The notes beneath the pieces were generated by a model, which did not search any database, had not been told where the DNA came from, and worked only from the letters and a program-made list of their open reading frames with translations. From contig NW_021829197.1 of assembly GCF_006345805.1 (NCBI RefSeq), positions 1-6,850 on the forward strand: a stretch of 6,850 bases of DNA. The letters run 5' to 3'. This DNA comes from Octopus sinensis. Lineage: Eukaryota. The translations under genes and the position numbers were made by a program. This document shows positions 1 to 5,545 of this stretch, in pieces. The number at the start of each line of letters is the position of its first letter. Position 1 is the stretch's first letter.

Positions 1-254
1 TATATCAATCAACAAAAACACGCATATACATTACATGTGTATTCAATTATTGGCGTTTTTACGTCATCACACGTTATAAACTAGGTATGCATGCATACAT
101 GCACGTGTGTATATATGTATGCATGTATGTGTGTATGTATCTATGCATGTTTGAATTGTTTACATTATAAGAATTTTTATTTTGTTCAGAAACTTGAGTA
201 GATAATATTTATAGTTTTACCGATGGAACTCGAAGTAAATACGGCTATATATAA

Positions 255-467
255 CGGTTTCAAATTTTTGCTTAAGGCCAGCAATTTGGGGAGAGTGGGT
301 CAAACGATTATATTGACCCCAGTACTTGACTGGTACTTATTTTATCGACTCCGAAAGGATGAAAAGTAACGTCAACCTCAGCGAATTTTGAACTCAGAGT
401 GTAAATACAAGCGAAATGGCTCTAAGGAGTTTGCCCGGCATCCTAACGATTCTGCCAGCTCACCGCC
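255..467 (-). mobile_element. tRNA-derived SINE (abundant octopod-type family)
   Basis: The - strand reads GGCGGTGAGCTGGCAGAATCGTTAGGATGCCGGGCAAA...CTGAGTTCAAAATTCGCTGAGGTTGACGTTACTTTTCATCCTTTCGGAGTCGATAAAATAAGTACCAGTCAAGTACTGGGGTCAAT...CAAATTGCTGGCCTTAAGCAAAAATTTGAAACC. A-box-like TGGCAGAATCG lies at 447-457 and B-box-like GAGTTCAAAATTC at 383-395. It matches my recollection of a very common Octopus SINE; the family name needs a Dfam/Repbase check. Confidence 0.85.
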
Positions 468-847
468 TTAAATGAAACTATAAATGATATTATGCAGAAT
501 ATAAGATTAAAAAACAAATGAAAAATCTTTGGATAGGAAAATGTCAAAGCCACCCTTGGGACTTGCACCCACATCTCGTCTGCTTATGTCAGATGTGTTA
601 CCATTATTCGAAAGCAACCCTTGGAATTGTCTCTGTCCGTTTAGAATCTTTATTCTTACCAGCGAGAATTGGATGTTATTTACGACAGAAGAATTCTTTT
701 AAGAGTATTCTTTAGAAACTTTGAGAGTTATGAAACAAATCTACTCCACCTATTTTTCCATTATTTCACTTCTTAGAGTGGAATATCTATAAGGTCTCTG
801 TTAGGATAAGCAGAAGAATTTATGGAAAAGACTGCTTGTCTAAAATC

Positions 848-882
848 CACCATCATTACCATCACCATCACCATCACCATCA
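848..882. repeat. (ACCATC)n hexanucleotide microsatellite
   Basis: Four perfect ACCATC units at 858-881, preceded by a degenerate unit. Confidence 0.9.
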
Positions 883-1023
883 AGATATTTTCGGATAATC
901 TCTTCTTGCTCTGTCAAACCATTCCAATATATTTTTGCATTCGCCAAACCTTCTAACAATCCTCACATTTGCCAATTTTTTCTCCATCAATTCAGTTCTC
1001 TTTCATCTCTCTTTCAGTTTAAT

Positions 1024-1206
1024 TCTATCTCTCTCTCTCTCTCTCCAACACCCCACACACATACATATACAAGTGTATGCGTATGCATAAGATTTTATAT
1101 ACACACACATACATATATTCAAACATATATATATATATATTCATACATACATACATACATACATACATACATACATACATACATACATACATACATACGT
1201 ACACAT
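1024..1206. repeat. Compound microsatellite: (TC)n, (CA)n, (TA)n, (CATA)14
   Basis: (TC)n at ~1024-1045, (TA)n at ~1125-1140, perfect (CATA)14 at 1142-1197. Confidence 0.95.
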
Positions 1207-1275
1207 TCATTTCGAAATTACTTTAAAACTAGTCTGGAAACTGTTTAATATTGTTCTCCCTCTTGAAGCCAGATT

Positions 1276-1345
1276 CCCCCCTCTCTCTCTTTCTATCTTT
1301 CTTTCTCCCCCTCTCTCTCTGGTTATCTCTATCTCTCCTTCTTAC
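1276..1345. repeat. Polypyrimidine (CT)n-rich tract
   Basis: Almost entirely C/T on the + strand, with CTCTCTCTCT runs. Confidence 0.85.
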
Positions 1346-1787
1346 CCTATGTGTTTAAATAATGTTCCTTCTTCGCAAAATACCAAACAGCACTTTTTTT
1401 TATTGCCCCGCGGGTATTTTCGTCTTGTTCCAATTGACTGGATGCTTTGCTGTCCACTCAAAACATTGATTTTCATCTGCTGGCAAACGCTTTTACAGAA
1501 CCTGTCTGGAGTGTTGGTAATTAGAAAGAATCGTAAATGGCACTCGATTTTTCACTGGAATGTGACTTTGAAGAAACGGATAGTGGATCGCAAAAACAAA
1601 AACATTATGCTATTGTACCGCTAATTTTCTTCAGTTCTTGTAATACTCGTTGGCTGTTTGGGGTAGGAGATATGCCCACAAAAACACATGTATGCACAGA
1701 CATGCAAGCACATATACATAGATTTACATACACACATGTATATATATATATGTAGACAGAAGTAGCAAATAAACGATCATTATATGA

Positions 1788-1818
<31 letters not shown>

Positions 1819-1870
1819 ATACAATAATAATTATGTAATAATAATACATATAATAATAATGATAATAATA
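1788..1870. repeat. (GT)14 followed by degenerate (AAT)n
   Basis: (GT)14 at 1788-1815; imperfect AAT repeats to ~1870. Confidence 0.95.
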
Positions 1871-1903
1871 GGCATACTCCGATTTAAAGTGACATTTATA
1901 TAT

Positions 1904-2018
1904 AAACAATTGACTGAAAAATGATGAGCTAATCCAAGCCAGATTTGAACCCACAAATCACCGCTTACACGGCTCCTTGAGCATCCGACTGGGCCAACCG
2001 CTTACCGATCAATTGTTT
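1904..2018 (-). mobile_element. Short tRNA-derived element (SINE head or decayed tRNA copy)
   Basis: The - strand reads GGTAAGCGGT-TGGCCCAGTCGG (near-consensus A box)-ATGCTCAAGGAGCCGTGTAAGCGGTGATTTGT-GGGTTCAAATCT (B box)-GGCTTGGATTAGCTCATCA-TTTTT (possible Pol III terminator). Acceptor and T stems pair poorly, so it is not a functional tRNA. Confidence 0.6.
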
Positions 2019-2050
2019 GAATATTTACTTTAACTGTCCAATGCTACATA

Positions 2051-2279
2051 TAATATTTGTAAACAAACAAGAAGGCATCGTAAGTTACGGAACAAAACTA
2101 CTATGGAAGTCTATTAGTACAATAATCACTATATAATAATATATCATAATAATGATATATATAATCGGAGTGCATATATTATTATGATATATTATTATAT
2201 ATTATTATCGTACTAATAGACTTCCATAGTCGCTTTCCTCTGTAACTTACGATGCCTTCTGGTTTGTTTACAAATATTA
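2051..2279. repeat. Long inverted repeat (~103-bp arms, 24-nt spacer); MITE/foldback-like
   Basis: Left arm 2051-2153 pairs with right arm 2178-2279. By manual alignment there are perfect blocks of 18, 19, 21 and 24 bp and about 93 of 103 positions are Watson-Crick complementary. The outermost TA at each end could be a TA target-site duplication. Confidence 0.95.
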
Positions 2280-2288
2280 GATATGTAT

Positions 2289-2296
2289 TTGTGTGC

Positions 2297-2348
<52 letters not shown>

Positions 2349-2376
2349 TGTGGTCTGTGTCTGTGTGTGTGCGTGC
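2289..2376. repeat. (GT)n microsatellite
   Basis: Long perfect GT run at ~2299-2346 with degenerate flanks. Confidence 0.95.
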
Positions 2377-2485
2377 GAGTAATTGTCATTATTTAGTTTT
2401 ATTTTAAGATTTCTTTCCAATAGAGAAAAAGCCACTTTCCAAGGCTCCTTCATTGGAATTTCAGCAACATCAGCAGAGTATCTTT

Positions 2486-2770
2486 GTATGTATGTATGTA
2501 TGTATGTATGTATGTATGTATGTATGTATGTATGTGTGTATACATGTATGTATGTATGTATGTATGTATGTATGTATGTATGTATGCATGTATGTATGTA
2601 TGCATGAATGTATGTATGTATGTGTGTATGCATGTATGTATGTATGTATGTATGTATGTATGTATGCATGTATGTATGTATGCATGAATGTATGTATGTA
2701 TGTGTGTATGTATGTATGCATGTATGTATGTATGTATGTATGTATGTACGTACGTAAGTATGTATGTATA
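2486..2770. repeat. (TATG)n array with TGTG/CATG/AATG variant units
   Basis: About 280 bp of TATG-type units, located inside the retrotransposon 3' UTR. Confidence 0.97.
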
Positions 2771-2885
2771 TATTATTATGTGTGTGTGTCTTTATTATGT
2801 ATGTATATATTATGTATGTGTGAAGATTTGTATGTTTCGTTTTATGTATGCCGTCTCATGCATATACTAGCATATCTAGGCATGC

Positions 2886-3038
2886 TCATATATGCTTAAA
2901 TGATTTTACAATTCCCATGATGGAATGGATCTGTAGTCTTCGAATCAGCCTTCTCCTTTCTGGTTGTGAGAAGCCTAATTTCTCAAGATTGGTACTTAGG
3001 CAGTCTCTTACATATTCCAGTGCCCCAATAATTATAGG
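2886..3038 (-). pseudogene. Remnant of the C-terminus of a retrotransposon ORF (restriction-like endonuclease end)
   Basis: Translates as PIIIGALEYVRDCLSTNLEKLGFSQPERRRLIRRLQIHSIMGIVKSFKHI*. This resembles the terminal motif P-I-V/I-I-G-A-L-G...L..L-G...L-Q...G-T..I of R4/Dong-type ORFs. Upstream the frame runs directly into (CATA)n, consistent with 5' truncation. Confidence 0.65.
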
Positions 3039-3055
3039 TGTATGCATTAATTTTT

Positions 3056-3077
3056 GTATGTATGTATGTATGTATGT
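3056..3077. repeat. (TATG)n at the 5' junction of the retrotransposon remnant
   Basis: gtatgtatgtatgtatgtatgt. Confidence 0.9.
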
Positions 3078-3246
3078 AATGTGTGTATATTGCCCAAAAG
3101 GCAAAAAAATGGACACCCTGCTTTCTAACAAGTCATTGCAGGTTGGGCAATTTTCGTCGGCCTCCGATATGTAGCGCGTCTTCAAACGCACCAGAAGGGA
3201 TATTATCCCCGGGTTAATACCGCAATAAATCTACGTTTCGCGTTGT

Positions 3247-3724
3247 ACCCATATAGTTCCGTTTTCAGTCCCACTGCGTGGCACTTTGGCCAAATGTTTT
3301 CTACTATAACCTCGGACTGACCAAAAGTTTGGCAGTGGATTTGGTGGACAGAAACTTACAAAAGCACTTCGTACACACACACACACGTGTGTGTGTGTAT
3401 GTATCTGTGAGTGTGTATCTGTGTGTGTGAGTGTGTATCTGTGTGAGTGTGTATGTGTTTGTGTGTATGTGTCCGTGTATGTGTGTGTAAGTGTATGTAT
3501 GTGTACGCGTGTGTGTTTGTCCCCCAACACCGCTTGACAATCGATGTTGGTGTGTTTACGTACCTGTAACTTAGCATTTCAGCAAAAGAAACCGAGAGAA
3601 TAAGTACCAGACTTATGAAAAAAAAAAATGAACTGGTGTCAATTCGTTGGACTGAAATTCTTCCAGGCGGTGCCCCAGCATGGCCGCAGTCTAATGACTG
3701 GAACAAGTGAAAGATAAAAGAGAA
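3247..3724 (+). mobile_element. tRNA-derived SINE with CORE-like segment and internal microsatellite; A box missing
   Basis: Starts with a degenerate B-box region AGTTCCGTTTTCAGTCCCACTGCGTGG, then CORE-like GCACTTTGGCCAAATGTTTTCTACTATAACCTCGG. An internal (CA)/(GT)n occupies ~3372-3518. The body continues TTTGTCCCCCAACACCGCTTGACAATCGATGTTGGTGTGTTTACG...AGGCGGTGCCCCAGCATGGCCGCAGTCTAATGACTGGAACAAG and ends in an A-rich tail TGAAAGATAAAAGAG. It matches my recollection of a common Octopus SINE. Confidence 0.85.
3372..3518. repeat. (AC)n(GT)n and degenerate (GTGTAT/GTGTGA)n inside the SINE
   Basis: Directly visible. Confidence 0.9.
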
Positions 3725-3868
3725 TGAAAACATCTCCCTGCAAACGTTTTCTCTCCTCGACGAATTCCGTATCTAACTCGGTTTTAATACATCTGTTGTC
3801 CCAAGATAACTGGCTCAGCGTTAACAGCTCTAACTATTAACTGGCTCATTGAGTACTGATGAAGAGAA

Positions 3869-3918
3869 GGTGGCGGCGCGGCGGTAGCGGCGGTGGCGGT
3901 GGCGGCGGCGGCGGCGGC
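3869..3918. repeat. (GGC/GGT)n trinucleotide repeat, CpG-dense
   Basis: Perfect (GGC)6 at 3901-3918, preceded by GGC/GGT/AGC variant units. Confidence 0.9.
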
Positions 3919-4144
3919 TATAAGATGGTGTAGAGAGAATGGTTCAGTGGTGATGGGGAAGCGGGGTGTACACTTGGGAGTGTCTTGTTACCGTCAAAGT
4001 TAATTAAGAGAAGCAGTTTTCAGTTCCGTACTCTTTGTCTTCTGTGATGGATTAATATTCGGCAGAGGAAACGAGGCGCATGGGTGTGGGTGTTTTTATA
4101 TGAGTTTCACTGTGGATGGGGATATAGATGCGCACATTACTCTG

Positions 4145-4219
4145 CATACATACATGTATATAATATATAAATATGTGTATTATATATATATAAATATATA
4201 TGTATATATTGTATGTATG

Positions 4220-4252
<33 letters not shown>

Positions 4253-4400
4253 TATATATAATATACTACCACATATGTATGTATGTAGCCTTTGCTATCA
4301 GTTCTTTTTAGCCCCTATTCCGCCACACAACAAAGATACCTATAGAATAACTCATTTGTGTGTGTGTGTGTGTGGTGTGTGTGTATGTGTGTGTATTTAT
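4145..4400. repeat. Compound (TA)n, (TATG)n and (GT)n microsatellites
   Basis: (TA)-rich at ~4155-4263; (GT)n at ~4358-4395. Confidence 0.9.
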
Positions 4401-4525
4401 ATATGCTACCCGCAGCCTCAACTATCTCATCATTCTCTCCATTAAGTCACGTAAAGTCATATGGGTGCTTTGAGTTCGTTGTTATATTAAATAGCACGAA
4501 AGAATCTCAACCAGGAACGCGCGTT

Positions 4526-4665
4526 TATATGTAGATATATGTTAAGTGTATGTATGTATGTATGTATGTATGTATGTATGTATGTATGTATGTATACACA
4601 CATATATATATAAACATTTTAAACGTACATATATGCATATATGTGTATATATATATATAATACAT

Positions 4666-4697
<32 letters not shown>

Positions 4698-4826
4698 ATA
4701 TATATATATACATATATATACACGCACACACCCCTCATACATATATACATTGTACATAATGCATATATATATATATATAATATATATATATAATATATAT
4801 ATATATATATACATACATACACACAC
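4526..4826. repeat. Compound (TATG)n and long interrupted (TA)n field
   Basis: (TATG)n at ~4548-4594; (TA)n with TAA and CA interruptions at ~4605-4811. Confidence 0.95.
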
Positions 4827-4837
4827 GACACATTGTG

Positions 4838-4933
4838 ATATTGCAGTGGCGTGTGGGTTAGCGCAGCTATAAGATTTACAGCAGACACGGCGTTCGAATC
4901 CCGGACTTAGAGTGACAATATTTTCCTTTTTTT
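4838..4933 (+). mobile_element. Short tRNA-derived element (SINE head or decayed tRNA copy)
   Basis: A-box-like TGGCGTGTGGG at 4847-4857, B box GTTCGAATCC at 4892-4901, then T4 (4921-4924) and T7 (4927-4933). No convincing cloverleaf. Confidence 0.55.
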
Positions 4934-5241
4934 CATACATCTTTATGTATGTCTACAGGAAAAGAGATGATGAAGGAATAACCGATTGCTTTATGAACTT
5001 TATTGGCTTTCAGCTGTTGCCGCTTTAAGATGCGTTGGTCTCTGCACGGTAACTGCACGACAATGTGAGGTATATTTGCCATCTCAATATGGCTAACCAC
5101 TAAGGGTGGGTGTTACTGTTTATACCTCGTTCAGAGATTTATTATTGCTTGTATGCACTTTTTCAAGATCAGTGACGAAAAGTTACAGGAAAAAGGAAAA
5201 AGAATATTAATATTTGCATTGGGAACAGGTTCTCTTCGTTC

Positions 5242-5545
5242 GGAGCCTAGTGGTTAGGGTGTTCAATTTACGATGTTCAGATCGCTGGTTCGACTCCTGG
5301 ACCGCGCTGTGTGCTGTGTTCTTGAACAAAACACTCTATCAAACGTTGCTCTCGTACTGTGTGAGGATCGGCATGTCGAAGAAAAGATCCAACGTTTTCT
5401 CGGTGTATCGTGAAAGGCGACTAAAAGAGGTTGTGGTAGGATTTGCACTCTGACCGCATAAAACACTCACCAGCAACGTCTACCCAATCAGACCCATGGG
5501 TAGGAGGGTTGATGCCTGAGTAGGGCAAAGGTATCATCTGTCAGG
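5242..5545 (+). mobile_element. tRNA-derived SINE with CORE-like segment and a structured 3' body; 3' end uncertain
   Basis: A-box-like GAGCCTAGTGG(TTAG) at 5243-5253, B box GGTTCGACTCC at 5287-5297, CORE-like TGTGTTCTTGAACAAAACACT at ~5315-5335, then a GC-richer body with several hairpins. Confidence 0.72.

Larger units (their letters stand above)
2385..3055 (-). mobile_element. 5'-truncated non-LTR retrotransposon 3' end, probably RLE-type R4/Dong clade
   Basis: The - strand carries a C-terminal coding remnant (2886-3038), then a 3' UTR containing (CATA)n and ending ...GAAATTCCAATGAAGGAGCCTTGGAAAGTGGCTTTTTCTCTATTGGAAAGAAATCTTAAAATAAAACTAAATAATGAC. Both the peptide and this tail resemble R4/Dong-like elements as I recall them. 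Not verified by search. Confidence 0.65.

Noticed and set aside
90-125. 11-bp inverted repeat CATGCATACAT/ATGTATGCATG
   Set aside because: Made of opposing low-complexity CATA/TATG units, which is expected in this background.
272-471. TTAAGGC/GCCTTAA as terminal inverted repeats with TTAA ends (piggyBac-like)
   Set aside because: The enclosed sequence is a tRNA-derived SINE that appears to continue past 272 to about 255, so the 7-bp match is probably coincidental.
518-715. 65-aa ORF MKNLWIGKCQ...
   Set aside because: No recognisable motif; this length is expected by chance. The overlapping frame with NPWxCxC is listed as a finding.
1349-1755. ORFs 1349-1624 and 1537-1755
   Set aside because: No recognisable domain, and the second runs into microsatellite.
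1935-2005. Functional tRNA genes here and at 4843-4905, 5242-5300 and 380-467
   Set aside because: A and B boxes are present, but acceptor and T stems do not pair adequately and there is no canonical 7-nt anticodon loop.
2848-3174. 108-aa + strand ORF
   Set aside because: It is the antisense of the retrotransposon remnant plus a (TATG)n tract.
2886-3191. 101-aa - strand ORF as one protein
   Set aside because: It is a chance fusion of an unrelated CpG-rich block, a (CATA)n linker and the retrotransposon C-terminus; only 2886-3038 looks protein-derived.
3856-3870. CTGATGA as a hammerhead ribozyme core
   Set aside because: No stem II and no correctly placed GAAA or stems I/III follow.
5014-5064. 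Candidate exon (TTTCAG|...|GTGAGG) encoding CCRFKMRWSLHGNCTT
   Set aside because: No supporting homology, with several competing donors nearby.
5365-5432. HDV-like ribozyme suggested by hairpin-CTAA-AAGAGG (P4, J4/2 and P2-like)
   Set aside because: I could not build the nested P1/P2/P3/L3 double pseudoknot; upstream sequence folds as a simple hairpin. An Infernal or RNArobo search would settle it.
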